Part shown: one piece after another, positions 51,876-62,688 of the stretch | Layout of the letters: each line of letters begins with the position of its first letter | Numbering within the stretch: position 1 is the stretch's first letter | Source: an uncultured Chloroflexia bacterium | Lineage (GTDB): Bacteria; Chloroflexota; Limnocylindria; Limnocylindrales; CSP1-4 | Assembly: GCA_963763775.1 (NCBI GenBank) | Contig: CAVXPZ010000001.1 | Location: 960,001 to 1,024,000, forward strand | Direction: 5' to 3' | Length of the DNA stretch: 64,000 nucleotides | Translations under genes and position numbers: made by a program | Notes under the pieces: model-generated | What the model was told of the DNA's origin: nothing | What the model saw: only the letters and a program-made list of their open reading frames with translations | Databases searched by the model: none

Positions 51876-53237
51876 ATGGGCGAGGAGTTCTTCACCGAGG
51901 TATCGGGGCCCATCCCCTTCGGCGGGCTCGCTTCGGACGACCCGTTGACGTTCAAGGTCTACGAGCCCGACCGTCTGGTCCTCGGCAAGCGGATGGAGGA
52001 TCACCTCCGCCCCGGTGTCTGCTTCTGGCACTCGTTCGCGTGGCCGGGCACCGACATGTTCGGCGTCGGGACCATGGACCGCCCGTGGATCGGTGCCGCC
52101 GACGAGATGGCCGCCGCCCGCGCGAAGATGGCGGTCGCCTTCGAGTTCTTCACGAAGATCGGCATCCCCTACTACTGCTTCCACGACCGCGACGTGGCGC
52201 CGGAAGGCGACTCCTACGCCGAGTTCCGCGCGAATCTCGACGCGCTCGTCGACGACGCGGCCGGCTACCAGGAGCGCACGGGCGTCCGGCTCCTGTGGGG
52301 GACGGCCAACCTCTTCACGCACCCGCGCTACCAGGCCGGCGCCGCCACCAATCCCGACCCCGAGGTGTTCGCCTTCGCCGCGGCGCAGGTCAAGCACATG
52401 CTCGACGTCACACTGCGACTCGGTGGCGAGAACTACGTCCTGTGGGGCGGCCGCGAGGGCTACGACACGCTCCTCAACACCGACCTCCGACGCGAGGGCG
52501 ACCAGCTCGCCCGGTTCCTGCACCTCGTCGTCGAGCACAAGCACAAGATCGGCTTCGCCGGCCAGCTCCTCATCGAGCCCAAGCCGATGGAGCCGACCAA
52601 GCACCAGTACGACTACGACACCTCGACCGTCCACGGCTTCCTGGTGAAGCACGGCCTCGAGGGCGAGTTCCGCGCCAACATCGAGGCGAACCACGCGACC
52701 CTCGCCGGGCACAGCTTCCACCACGAGGTGGCGTACGCGACCGCCAACGGGATGCTGGGCAGCATCGACGCCAACCGCGGCGACCCGCAGAACGGGTGGG
52801 ACACCGACCAGTTCCCGAACTCGGTCGAGGACCTGGCACTGCCGATCTACGAGATCCTCCAGAGCGGAGGCATCGCCCCGGGCGGGTTCAACTTCGATGC
52901 GAAGCTGCGCCGCCAGAGCACCCACCGGACGGACCTGTTCCACGCCCACATCGGCGGTCTCGACACCATCGCCCAGGCCCTGCTGGTCGCGGCGGACCTC
53001 GTGGAGCGTGGCGAGCTGGCCGCCTTGAAGGCGGAGCGCTACGCCGGGTGGGACGGCCCCCTGGGCAAGGCCATCGCCGACGGGACCGAGTCGCTCGAAT
53101 CGCTCGAGGCCAAGGTCGCCGCCGGCAAGATCGCCCCGACGCGCGTTTCCGGCGGCCAGGAGCGCCTCGAGAACCTCGTCAATCGATCGGTCTGGGCGAC
53201 CGGCGGAGCCCGCGCGAAGGTCGGCACCGAGCGCTGA
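51876..53237 (+). CDS. xylA: Xylose isomerase (class II)
   Basis: [51 protein letters not shown]. Confidence 0.97.
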   Translation: MGEEFFTEVSGPIPFGGLASDDPLTFKVYEPDRLVLGKRMEDHLRPGVCFWHSFAWPGTDMFGVGTMDRPWIGAADEMAAARAKMAVAFEFFTKIGIPYYCFHDRDVAPEGDSYAEFRANLDALVDDAAGYQERTGVRLLWGTANLFTHPRYQAGAATNPDPEVFAFAAAQVKHMLDVTLRLGGENYVLWGGREGYDTLLNTDLRREGDQLARFLHLVVEHKHKIGFAGQLLIEPKPMEPTKHQYDYDTSTVHGFLVKHGLEGEFRANIEANHATLAGHSFHHEVAYATANGMLGSIDANRGDPQNGWDTDQFPNSVEDLALPIYEILQSGGIAPGGFNFDAKLRRQSTHRTDLFHAHIGGLDTIAQALLVAADLVERGELAALKAERYAGWDGPLGKAIADGTESLESLEAKVAAGKIAPTRVSGGQERLENLVNRSVWATGGARAKVGTER

Positions 53238-53242
53238 CGCCG

Positions 53243-54727
53243 ATGGCCCACGTCATCGGGATCGACGCCTCCACCACCGCGACCAAGGCCGTCCTGATCG
53301 ACGACCGCGGGGCGGTCGTCGGCGTGGGCATCACCGAATACGGCTTCGAGGTCCCACACCCGCTGTGGAGCGAGCAGTCGCCGGACCTGTGGTGGGACGG
53401 CGCGGTGGCGTCCATCCGCTCCGTGCTCGCCTCGACCGGCGTCCCCGGCGACGACGTGGTCGCCGTAGGTCTGACCGGTCAGATGCACGGGGCGGTCCTG
53501 CTCGACGCCGGCGGCGCGATCCTCCGGCCCGCGATCCTCTGGAACGACCAGCGGACGGCCGCCGCCTGCGATGCCATCCGCGAGGCCGTCGGGCCGGAGC
53601 GCCTCATCGAGATCACCGGCAACGACGCCCTGACGGGTTTCACCGCCCCCAAGCTGGTCTGGGTCCGCGACAACGAGCCCGACGTGTGGCGTCGGATCGC
53701 GCACGTGCTGCTGCCCAAGGACTTCGTGCGGCTGCGCCTCACCGGCGAGTACGCCCTCGACAAGGCCGATGGCGCAGGCACGATCCTCTTCGACCTCGCG
53801 GCCCGGGACTGGTCGCCCGAGGTCCTCGCCGCGCTCCGGATCGACCCGGCCTGGATGCCCCGGACCTACGAGGGCCCCGAGGTCACGGGCACCGTATCGG
53901 CCACGGCTGCCGCGGCCACGGGACTTCGAAGCGGCACGCCCGTCGTCGCGGGCGGCGGCGACCAGGCCGCGAACGCGGTCGGTGTCGGCGTCGTGTCACC
54001 CGGCACCATGGCCCTCTCGCTCGGCACATCGGGCGTGGTCTTCGCCGCGACGGACCGACCGATCCACGAGCCGCGCGGCATCGTCCATGCGTTCTGCCAT
54101 GCCGTCCCGGGACGCTGGCACATGATGTCGGTGATGCTCTCCGCGGCCGGGAGCCTGCGCTGGTTCCGCGACACGGTGGCGCCTGGCGTCGAGTTCGGCG
54201 ACCTCGTCGCCGAGGCCGGAGGCGTCCCGGCGGGCAGCGACGGCCTGCTCTTCCTCCCCTACCTCACCGGCGAGCGCAGTCCGCACCCGGACCCGCTCGC
54301 GCGCGGCGCGTTCGTCGGGCTCACCGTGACCCACGATCGACGGCACCTGACGCGCGCCGTCCTCGAGGGGGTCGCGTTCGGGCTTCGCGACGGACTGGAC
54401 CTCATGACGGCGGCCGGGATGCCGGCTCCCGACCAGATCCGGGCCTCCGGCGGCGGCACGGCGAGTCCGCTCTGGCGGCAGATCCTCGCCGACGTGCTGG
54501 ACGCGGAGATCGCCACGGTCGATACGGCCGAGGGCGCCGCCTACGGTGCCGGGCTGCTGGCGGCGGTCGGCGCCGGCTGGTTCCCGACGGTCGACGCCGC
54601 GACGGCAGCGTTCGTCACGGCCACGCCCGTCGCGAGTCCGGGACCGGACACGAGCCGGTACGCCGAAGCGCATGCGATCTACCGCGACCTCTACCCGGCG
54701 CTCGCGCCCGCGTTCCGCCGGATGTGA
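53243..54727 (+). CDS. xylB: Xylulokinase
   Basis: [43 protein letters not shown]. Confidence 0.95.
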   Translation: MAHVIGIDASTTATKAVLIDDRGAVVGVGITEYGFEVPHPLWSEQSPDLWWDGAVASIRSVLASTGVPGDDVVAVGLTGQMHGAVLLDAGGAILRPAILWNDQRTAAACDAIREAVGPERLIEITGNDALTGFTAPKLVWVRDNEPDVWRRIAHVLLPKDFVRLRLTGEYALDKADGAGTILFDLAARDWSPEVLAALRIDPAWMPRTYEGPEVTGTVSATAAAATGLRSGTPVVAGGGDQAANAVGVGVVSPGTMALSLGTSGVVFAATDRPIHEPRGIVHAFCHAVPGRWHMMSVMLSAAGSLRWFRDTVAPGVEFGDLVAEAGGVPAGSDGLLFLPYLTGERSPHPDPLARGAFVGLTVTHDRRHLTRAVLEGVAFGLRDGLDLMTAAGMPAPDQIRASGGGTASPLWRQILADVLDAEIATVDTAEGAAYGAGLLAAVGAGWFPTVDAATAAFVTATPVASPGPDTSRYAEAHAIYRDLYPALAPAFRRM

Positions 54728-54767
54728 CCGCCCGACGGCCGGGCCGTCGGGACGATCGGCACGCTGG

Positions 54768-55737
54768 TCAGCCGTGCAGGATCTCGAGCTCCTTCTCGGA
54801 GACCTCGTCGGGGAGCTTGCCCATGATGATCATGGCGAGCACCTCGTCCTTGGTCACCTTGGTCTTGTCCACGGTGCCGACGAGCTTGCCCTGGAGCATC
54901 ACGCGAGATCCGGTCCGCGAGGTCGAAGACGTCGTGGATGTCGTGGCTGATCAGGAAGATCCCGATGCCCTCTTCCTTGAGCTGGGCCACGAGCTCGCGG
55001 ACCTGGGCGGTCTCCGCCGGGCCGAGCGCCGCGGTGGGCTCGTCCATGATCAGGATCTTCGCGTTGAAGTGCACCGCCCGGGCGATCGCGACGGACTGCC
55101 GCTGGCCGCCGGACAGGGACTTCACGGGGGTCTTGAAGTTCTTGAACTTCGGGTTGAGCCGGCCCATCACGTTGCGGGTCGCCGATTCCATCGCGGTGTC
55201 GTCGAGCGACCCGAACCGGGTCGTGAGCTCGCGGCCCAGGAACAGGTTCGCCGCGGCGTCGATGTTGTCCGCCAGCGCGAGGGTCTGGTAGATGGTCTCG
55301 ATGCCGTGCGCCTTCGCGTCCCGAGGGTTGCCGATCGTGACCTTCTGGCCGTCGATCAGGATCTCTCCCTGGTCGGCCTGGTGGGCACCCGACAGCACGC
55401 GGATGAGCGTCGACTTGCCGGCGCCGTTGCCCCCGACGAGGCCGATGACCTCGCCCGGGTAGACGTCGATGGTGACCCCGTCGACCGCGTGGACGCCGCC
55501 GAACGAGACCCGGATGTTGCGCATCTCGGCGAGGGGCGGGCGCCCGGTCAGGGCCGATTCCACGGTCGATGGCGCGCGCCTGGCGACGTGCCCCGCGGGC
55601 ATGGACGTGACGCTCGGCGGTGGCGGCGCGGTCGACACCAGCGCCTCGGCCGGGATCGGTTCCGGCTCGCCGGACGGCGAGATGGCCGATGCCGGCACGG
55701 GGTCGGGGCCTTCGGAAGGGTTGAACTCGCTGGTCAT
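54768..55737 (-). CDS. xylG: Sugar ABC transporter ATP-binding protein (single domain); frameshift near 54905
   Basis: [30 protein letters not shown]. Confidence 0.85.
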
Positions 55738-55754
55738 CGTCGTCCTCCCGTCGC

Positions 55755-57068
55755 TCAGCGTGCCCGACGGCGGGCGATGGTGTCGAGGCCGACGGCCGTG
55801 ACGAGGACGACGCCCACGACGACGTCCTGGATCGGGGTGTCGACGTTGATCAGGACCATGCCCGACTGCAGCGACTGCATGACGACCGCGCCGAGCACGG
55901 CGCCCGGGATCGTCCCGATGCCGCCGGCGAACGACGTCCCGCCGATGACCGCGGCCGCGATGACCGCGAGCTCGGCTTGGGTGCCCAGGCCCGTCACCGC
56001 CGCGTTGAGGCGGGCGGTCTGGACCGCGGCGCTCAGGGCGGCGAGGAAGCCCATGATCACGAACGTCAGCAGGATCGTGCGACGGGTGTTGATGCCGCCG
56101 AGTTCCGCGGCCTCGGGGTTGCCGCCGATCGCGAACACGTAGCGGCCGAACCGCCGTCGAGTCGCGAGGATCGTCATGACGATCGTGACGCCGATGCAGA
56201 TGAGGACGGGGTTCGCGATCCCGGTCGGGATCTGGAGGCCACCGGGCGGCGCGACGATGCCGTGGGCGGCGGCGTACTGCTTCGCGAGCTCCTCCGGCCA
56301 GAAGTAGCTGTTGGCGACCCAGACGGCCGCGATGACCGCGACGCAGCCCAGGATGCCGATCGTCATCTCCGCCCACATCGGCCGCAGCGGGAACCCGAAG
56401 TGATGGCGCCGACGCCGGCTCGAGATGAGGCTGTAGACGATGCCGATGCAGGCAAGGATGCCCAGGACCCAGCTCACCGTGTCCCCGACGGATCCCTTCG
56501 GGCCGCCGCCGAGCAACTGGTAGGTGGCGTCCATCGGGGCGATGGTCCGCCCGGACGCGAGCTCGAAGGTCAGGCCGCGCCAGACGAGCAGTCCGCCGAG
56601 CGTGACGATGAATGACGGGATGCCGATGAAGGCCACCAGGAACCCCTGGAGGCCGCCGATGAGGGCCCCGAGGGTCACGCCGATCAGGACGGCGATGATC
56701 CAGGTGTACGGCTGGTCGAAGCCGAGGCCGAGGTTCTGCGGGATCCATTCGGCCTGGACCAGCGCCATCGTCATGCCCGTGAACCCGAGGATCGAGCCGA
56801 CGGACAGGTCGATGTTGCGCGAGACGATGATCAGGACCATGCCGGTCGCCATGATCGCGACGGACGCGCTCTGGACCGAGAGGTTCCAGAGGTTCCGCGG
56901 CGTCAGGAACAGGCCGCCTGACATCACGTTGAAGACGAGCCAGATGACGACGAGGGCGAGGATCATGCCGAGGAGGCGGGTGTCCACCTCCGCGGAGAAC
57001 AGCAACGAACGGATCGAACGCGGCGGTTGATCGCTCGGTCGAGCGGACGCGACGGATGCCTCAGCCAT
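55755..57068 (-). CDS. xylH: D-xylose ABC transporter permease
   Basis: [47 protein letters not shown]. Confidence 0.9.
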   Translation of the reverse strand: MAEASVASARPSDQPPRSIRSLLFSAEVDTRLLGMILALVVIWLVFNVMSGGLFLTPRNLWNLSVQSASVAIMATGMVLIIVSRNIDLSVGSILGFTGMTMALVQAEWIPQNLGLGFDQPYTWIIAVLIGVTLGALIGGLQGFLVAFIGIPSFIVTLGGLLVWRGLTFELASGRTIAPMDATYQLLGGGPKGSVGDTVSWVLGILACIGIVYSLISSRRRRHHFGFPLRPMWAEMTIGILGCVAVIAAVWVANSYFWPEELAKQYAAAHGIVAPPGGLQIPTGIANPVLICIGVTIVMTILATRRRFGRYVFAIGGNPEAAELGGINTRRTILLTFVIMGFLAALSAAVQTARLNAAVTGLGTQAELAVIAAAVIGGTSFAGGIGTIPGAVLGAVVMQSLQSGMVLINVDTPIQDVVVGVVLVTAVGLDTIARRRAR

Positions 57069-57097
57069 CGTGACGCCTCATAGCCCTGGATAGGACT

Positions 57098-57135
57098 GCG
57101 CCCTGCGCCGCGGGGTCACCGCGGGCGCAGGGCGC
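57098..57135. terminator. GC-rich stem-loop between xylF and xylH
   Basis: GCGCCCTGCGCC-GCGG...CCGC-GGGCGCAGGGCGC inverted repeat. Confidence 0.55.
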
Positions 57136-57162
57136 TTCATGGATCGGTTCAGCGGCGGGAGA

Positions 57163-58305
57163 CTACGGGCAGACGGGGACGGAACCCGCCTTGACGCCCT
57201 GGCACAGGGTGGCCACGTCGATCCATCCGGCGTCGAGGACGTCCTTCAGGTTGGCCTGGGTGATCGCCTCAGGGGTGAGGAAGACCGAGGTCATGCTGTT
57301 CCCACCGGGGCTCTGGAACTGCACGGTGCTGGGGACGGACTTGACGTCCTTGTTGGCGCACAGCGCGATCGCGGCATCACCGGCCGCCTTGCCAAGCACG
57401 CGAGCGTCCTTCCAGACGTCCACGGTCTGCGTGCCAAGTGCGACGCGGTTCAGCGCCGGGGCGTCGCCGTCCTGGCCCGAGACCGGCACCTTGCCGTCAA
57501 GGCCCTGGGCAGCGAGAGCGGCGATGACGCCGCCAGCCATGCCGTCGTTCTCGGAGAGAACGGCGTCGATCTTGTTGCTGGCAGCCGTGAGGATCTGCTC
57601 CATCTCGGTCTGCGCGTTCTTCGGATCCCAGTTGTCGGTGTACTGCTCGGCGGCGATCTTGATATCACCGGCCTTCACGGCGGCACCGATGACCTCTTCC
57701 ATGCCGGCTCGCAGGAAGTCGGCGTTGGCGTCGGCCTTGTTGCCCTTGATGATCGCGTAGGTGCCCTTCGGCACCTTGTCGAAGATCGCCTGCGCCTGCA
57801 GGTGACCGACGAGCTTGTTGTCGAACGTGACGTACAGCGCGTTCGGGTCCTCGATCAGGCGGTCATACGCGATGACCGGGATCCCAGCCGCGGTGGCGGC
57901 AGCCACGGACGGCTTGATGGCCGTGCCGTCCTGCGCGAGGATGATCACGACGTTCGCGCCCTGCGAGATCAGGTTCTCGACGTTGGTCGCCTGGGTCTCA
58001 GCGGACGACTTGGCGTCGTTCTCGATGTAGGTCCCGCCACCAGCCGCGACGGCGGCCTGGATGGCCGGCTTGTCGAACTTGGCCCAGCGAGGCTCCTGGA
58101 AGTTGTTCCACGAGACGCCGACCTTGCAGGCGGCGGCTGCGGCCGATGCCGACTCCGACGGAGCGGCAGCGCTCGGGGCAGCCGCGCTCGGCGCAGCGGC
58201 GCTCGGGGCGGCCGCGCTCGGGGCGGCAGACGACCCGCTGCTGCTACAAGCAGCGAGCAGGATCACGGCGGCCGACCCAAGGGCCGCCAAACGGCGATTG
58301 AACAT
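57163..58305 (-). CDS. xylF: D-xylose ABC transporter substrate-binding lipoprotein
   Basis: Lipobox LAAC, EPRWAKFD, IAYDRL, ENDGMA, SGQDGD, VDVWKD. Confidence 0.9.
   Translation of the reverse strand: MFNRRLAALGSAAVILLAACSSSGSSAAPSAAAPSAAAPSAAAPSAAAPSESASAAAAACKVGVSWNNFQEPRWAKFDKPAIQAAVAAGGGTYIENDAKSSAETQATNVENLISQGANVVIILAQDGTAIKPSVAAATAAGIPVIAYDRLIEDPNALYVTFDNKLVGHLQAQAIFDKVPKGTYAIIKGNKADANADFLRAGMEEVIGAAVKAGDIKIAAEQYTDNWDPKNAQTEMEQILTAASNKIDAVLSENDGMAGGVIAALAAQGLDGKVPVSGQDGDAPALNRVALGTQTVDVWKDARVLGKAAGDAAIALCANKDVKSVPSTVQFQSPGGNSMTSVFLTPEAITQANLKDVLDAGWIDVATLCQGVKAGSVPVCP
58159..58230 (-). repeat. Degenerate 15-bp tandem repeat encoding the (SAAAP)n linker of XylF
   Basis: SAAP followed by four SAAAP units directly after the lipobox. 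Confidence 0.8.
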
Positions 58306-58527
58306 AGTTGCTCCTCTCCTCAAGACGATGTTTCCCCCCATTCGTTCATGACTCCCCGTCTGAACCGTTCTACGGTAGCACCCTCCTCAGCCCATTTCAG
58401 CGTCGGGGCTCGCATGCGGCTTGGTGGATCCGGCCGCATCAACGCGGACCATCTCGTCCGGCACGAGGGAGGAGGGCTCGGGCGGGACGAGGTCGTCAGC
58501 GTGGAGACGGGACATCACACACATGAT

Positions 58528-59763
58528 TCAGGCGCTCGCGAGCGCCGTGAGGTCGGCTCTCGGCCCCAGCCACGAGGCCGGGTCCGCCAGGAGCGGCTCG
58601 AACGCCAGCTCGGCGGCACCGAGCAGCGGCGCGTCCACCCCGATCGAGGACGGGACGACGCGGACGAGAGCTCGCGGGGCGGCGAGGGTCCGGCGATCGA
58701 GCTCGGCCTCGACGGTCGCGCCGACGTACGGATGGATGCGGCTGAAGAAGCCGCCCAGGACGATGAGCCGGGGGTCGAAGACGTTGATGAGCCCCGCGAG
58801 GCCGATCCCGAGCCAGCGCCCCACGTGATCGAGCGCCGCGAGCGCGACCGGCGAGCCTGCGGCGGCCTCCGCGATGACGGCGTCCACCTCGGCTCGGCCA
58901 CCGCCGGCGTCACGGCCGGCCCGGGCCAACAGGGCACCTTCGCCCACCTCGGTCTCCCAGCAGCCGATGGACCCGCAACGGCAGGCGATGCCATCCGGGT
59001 TGAACGGCAGATGGCCGATCTCGCCGCTGTATCCGGCCACGCCGGTCAGGGGCTCGCCGCCGACGATCAGCCCACCTCCGACGCCGACCTCGCCTGACAC
59101 GTACAGGATGTCGTCGGCCCCGCGAGCGACGCCGCGCCGCATCTCCATCAGCGCGCCGAGGTCCGCATCGTTGGCCACCATGACCGGTAGTCGCGTGCCA
59201 AGCGCACGGGCCAGTTCCGCGCCGAGCGGGACATCGACCCAGCCCAGGTTCGGAGCCATCGAGACGAACCCGTCGCTGCGCCGGACCACGCCGACCACGG
59301 AGACGCCGATGCCGATGATCCGGTCGTCGTCGGGCCGCGTCGCCTGGAGCCCACGGGCGAGCTCGGCGAGGTCGCCGGCGATCTCCTCGACGGAGAAGTG
59401 GCCGCGCGGCCGGTCCACCCGGACCAGCTCGACGACCTCGCCGCCCAGCCCGACGATCGCGGCGGCGAGCGAATCGACCGCGACTTCGAGCGCCAGGATC
59501 ATCGCCCCGTCGGTGTTGAGGCGGACGAGCGGCGAGGGCCGGCCCGGGATGCCCAGCGGCGTCGGCCGCTCCTCGGTGACGAGGTCCCCGAAGGCCAGCT
59601 CGCCGATCAGGCTCCGGATGGCGCTGCGCGTCAGACCGGTGCGAGCGACCAGCTCCGATCGGGACAGCGGGCCGCGCGTGTGGAGCTCTCGGACGAGCGC
59701 GCTCAGGTTCGCCCGCCGGACGGTCTCGCTGCGCTGGCCGATGTCGTCGCGACCCTTCGTCAC
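58528..59763 (-). CDS. xylR: ROK-family transcriptional repressor
   Basis: N-terminal HTH SRSELVARTGLTRS, GRP, NDAD, GVGGG, GEIGH, CRCGSIGCWE; adjacent to the xyl genes. Confidence 0.88.
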   Translation of the reverse strand: MTKGRDDIGQRSETVRRANLSALVRELHTRGPLSRSELVARTGLTRSAIRSLIGELAFGDLVTEERPTPLGIPGRPSPLVRLNTDGAMILALEVAVDSLAAAIVGLGGEVVELVRVDRPRGHFSVEEIAGDLAELARGLQATRPDDDRIIGIGVSVVGVVRRSDGFVSMAPNLGWVDVPLGAELARALGTRLPVMVANDADLGALMEMRRGVARGADDILYVSGEVGVGGGLIVGGEPLTGVAGYSGEIGHLPFNPDGIACRCGSIGCWETEVGEGALLARAGRDAGGGRAEVDAVIAEAAAGSPVALAALDHVGRWLGIGLAGLINVFDPRLIVLGGFFSRIHPYVGATVEAELDRRTLAAPRALVRVVPSSIGVDAPLLGAAELAFEPLLADPASWLGPRADLTALASA

Positions 59764-59766
59764 CGG

Positions 59767-59789
59767 GTTTGTGTTCCTCTCTTATAAAT
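59767..59789. promoter_or_regulatory. Second XylR operator (autoregulatory)
   Basis: GTTTGTG-N9-TATAAAT; first 10 nt identical to the xylA operator; 3 nt from the xylR start codon. Confidence 0.65.
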
Positions 59790-59903
59790 GACCGTGCTAG
59801 GGTGTTCCAAGGCTTCGGCGGTGTCAAGCCACGTTCTCGTTCGGTGTCGCCTGGGACATCCCCACCCCCTGGAGGCCGATGTGACCGCAACCATGCCCAC
59901 CCG

Positions 59904-60893
59904 ATGACCACCCTCCGCTGGGGCATCCTCGGTCCCGGCCGCATCGCCCCTCGCCTGGTCCGCGGGGTGGCCGCGAGCCCCCGGGGCGACCTCGTCGCCG
60001 TGGCCAGCCGGGATCTCGCCCGGGCGTCCGCGTTCGCGGCGACCCACGGGATCGCGCGGGCCTACGGCTCCTATGCCGAGCTGCTCGACGACCCCGAGGT
60101 CGACGTCGTCTACATCGCGCTGCCCAACCACCTGCACGCGCCCTGGGCGGTCCGTGCCCTCGATGCCGGCAAGCACGTCCTGTGTGAGAAGCCGCTCGCG
60201 CTCGCGGCCGAGGACGTCGACGCCATCATCGCCGCGAGCGAGCGGTCGGGCCGGGCGGCAGCCGAGGCGTTCATGTACCTCCACCACCCGCAGATCGTCC
60301 GATCGGTGGCGCTGGCGCGGGATGGCGCCCTCGGGACCCTCCAGGTCGTCCTCGGGTCGTTCTCGTTCTTCCTCGACCACCCGGGCGACCCGCGCGCGGA
60401 GCCGTCCATGGGCGGCGGGTCGATCTGGGACGTGGGCTGCTACCCCGTCAGCCTGGCCCGCCGCGTCGCCGGCGAGGAGCCCGACAGGCTCGCCGCGTCC
60501 GCCCGCTTCGACGAGCGGGGCGTCGATCGCACGTTCGTCGGGCAGCTGCACTTCCCGAGCGGCCTGCTCGCACAGTTCGACAGCGGGTTCGCGGCGCCGG
60601 ACCGCCAGCGGATCGAGATCGTGGGGTCCGAGGCGACCCTCGTCCTGGACGCCCCGTTCCTGTGCGCGCCCGACGGTCCACGGCCGACCGTGACGATGTG
60701 GCGGGACGGCGAGGGCATGCCGGTGGACGTGCCGTCGGTGGACCAGTACGCCCTGGAGGTCGAGGACCTGACCGCGGTCATCCTCGATGGTCGAGCCCCG
60801 CACCTGACGCTCGGGTCGAGCCGCGGCAATGTCGCCACCCTCGCGGCACTGGACCGTCTGGCGCGGGCGAACGCCGGGCTGAACGCTGGCTGA
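59904..60893 (+). CDS. Gfo/Idh/MocA oxidoreductase (possible aldose/xylose dehydrogenase)
   Basis: WGILGPGRIA, YIALPNHLH, HVLCEKP, GGSIWDVGCY. Confidence 0.88.
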   Translation: MTTLRWGILGPGRIAPRLVRGVAASPRGDLVAVASRDLARASAFAATHGIARAYGSYAELLDDPEVDVVYIALPNHLHAPWAVRALDAGKHVLCEKPLALAAEDVDAIIAASERSGRAAAEAFMYLHHPQIVRSVALARDGALGTLQVVLGSFSFFLDHPGDPRAEPSMGGGSIWDVGCYPVSLARRVAGEEPDRLAASARFDERGVDRTFVGQLHFPSGLLAQFDSGFAAPDRQRIEIVGSEATLVLDAPFLCAPDGPRPTVTMWRDGEGMPVDVPSVDQYALEVEDLTAVILDGRAPHLTLGSSRGNVATLAALDRLARANAGLNAG

Positions 60894-61010
60894 CGACCCG
60901 GGTCTCGGCTCGTTCGGCGGACTTGTGCTTGAATGCCCCGGCGTCGTCAGGCGCCGCGCGCCGGGGGCCGCGTGTCGGTCGGGACCGGGTCCGGAGGATC
61001 GGTGGAACGC

Positions 61011-62669
61011 ATGAGCCGGAGGACCCGAAGGACGGCACTGGGGCTCGGCGTCGTCGCGGTCGTCGCCCTCGGCCTCCTCGGCGGGCTGGTCGCCACCGGG
61101 ACCCTCGGGCCGCGCGTTGGGTCCAGCGCGCTCCCCGCGCCGCACTTCGTGTCGGAGGCCTCGGCGGCCGGCATCGACCACGTCTATGACGGGGACGTCG
61201 AGTTCTTCGAGGGCGGCGGGGTCGCGGCCTTCGACTGCGACGCGAACGGGTCGCCGGACCTCTACCTCGCCGGCGGCACCAACCCGGCGACGCTCTATCG
61301 GAACGAGAGCCCGGTCGGTGGCGCCCTGAAGTTCGAGGCCGTCCACGACCCGGTCACGGACCTGACCGACGTGACCGGCGCGTATCCCATCGATATCGAT
61401 GGCGACGGGGTGACGGACCTCGCGGTGCTGCGCGTCGGTGAGAACGTCCTGCTGCGTGGCCTCGGCGACTGCCGCTTCGAGCGGGCGAACGAGGCCTGGG
61501 GGTTCGACGGCGGTGCGGCGTGGACCGATGCCTTCAGCGCGACGTGGGAGGACCAGCGGTCGTTGCCGACGCTGGCGATCGGGAACTACCAGGGTCTCGA
61601 CGCGAACGGCAAGGCGACCGGGGACTGCGCGGACAGCGAGCTCATCCGCCCGCAAGGCGACCGGTACGGGACGCCGACGCCGCTGTCCCCCGGCTACTGC
61701 ACGCTGTCGGCGCTCTTCAGCGACTGGGACCGCAACGGGCAGCACGACCTGCGGATGACGAACGACCGCAACTACTACCGGGACGGATCCGACCAGCTCT
61801 GGAAGGTCACGCCCGGCGAGCCGCCCCGGCCGTACACCACCGCGGAGGGCTGGCAGCCCCTCAAGATCTGGGGGATGGGGATCGCCAGCCAGGACCTCAC
61901 CGGCGACGGCAAGCCGGAGGTCTTCCTGACGAGCCAGGGGGACAACAAGCTGCAGAGCCTCGTGGATGGCGCGACCGGGCCTGACTACCGCGACATCGCG
62001 CTGTCTCGTGGGGCCACGGCCACCCGGCCGTACATCGGCGACGAGGGCCTGCCCTCGACGGCCTGGCACCCGCAGTTCGAGGACGTCAACAACGACGGCC
62101 ACATGGACCTGTTCGTCACGAAGGGCAACGTCGAGGCGATGCCGGACTACGCCGCCAAGGACCCGAGCAACCTCCTCATCGGCCAGGCCGACGGCACGTT
62201 CGTGGAAGGTGCCGAGACGGCGGGGATCGTCAGCTACGCCCGCGCCCGCGGCGCCGCCGTCGCCGACTTCAACCTCGACGGCCTGCTCGACATCATCGAG
62301 GTCAACCGGCGCGAGAACGTGAACCTGTGGCGCAACGTGGGCTCGGGCGACGGGGCGACCGGCGGGAGCATGGGGAACTGGCTCGCGGTCCGCCTCGAGT
62401 CACCGGGCGCAAACCGCGACGCGATCGGGGCCTGGATCGAGGTCGTCGCCGGCAGCCAGACCACGAATCGCGAGCTGACGGTCGGGGGCGGTCACGCCGG
62501 CGGGCAGCTCGGGTGGACGCACTTCGGCCTCGGTGACGCGGACAAGGCGGAGGTCCGTGTCCACTGGCCGGACGGCGGGACCGGCGCCTGGCACGCCATC
62601 GACGCCGACCAGTTCGTCATCCTGTCCCGTGACGGGAAGGTCCAGCCATGGAGCCCCACCCAGCCGTGA
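61011..62669 (+). CDS. CRTAC1-family protein (FG-GAP/VCBS repeats with a C-terminal ASPIC/UnbV domain), exported
   Basis: Repeated DxDxDGxxDL motifs, WGMGIA, RGAAVADFNLDG, NRDAIGA, HFGLG, VHWPDG; N-terminal signal/TM segment. Confidence 0.88.
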   Translation: MSRRTRRTALGLGVVAVVALGLLGGLVATGTLGPRVGSSALPAPHFVSEASAAGIDHVYDGDVEFFEGGGVAAFDCDANGSPDLYLAGGTNPATLYRNESPVGGALKFEAVHDPVTDLTDVTGAYPIDIDGDGVTDLAVLRVGENVLLRGLGDCRFERANEAWGFDGGAAWTDAFSATWEDQRSLPTLAIGNYQGLDANGKATGDCADSELIRPQGDRYGTPTPLSPGYCTLSALFSDWDRNGQHDLRMTNDRNYYRDGSDQLWKVTPGEPPRPYTTAEGWQPLKIWGMGIASQDLTGDGKPEVFLTSQGDNKLQSLVDGATGPDYRDIALSRGATATRPYIGDEGLPSTAWHPQFEDVNNDGHMDLFVTKGNVEAMPDYAAKDPSNLLIGQADGTFVEGAETAGIVSYARARGAAVADFNLDGLLDIIEVNRRENVNLWRNVGSGDGATGGSMGNWLAVRLESPGANRDAIGAWIEVVAGSQTTNRELTVGGGHAGGQLGWTHFGLGDADKAEVRVHWPDGGTGAWHAIDADQFVILSRDGKVQPWSPTQP

Positions 62670-62688
62670 GCGACCGAGGAGCCTGCCG

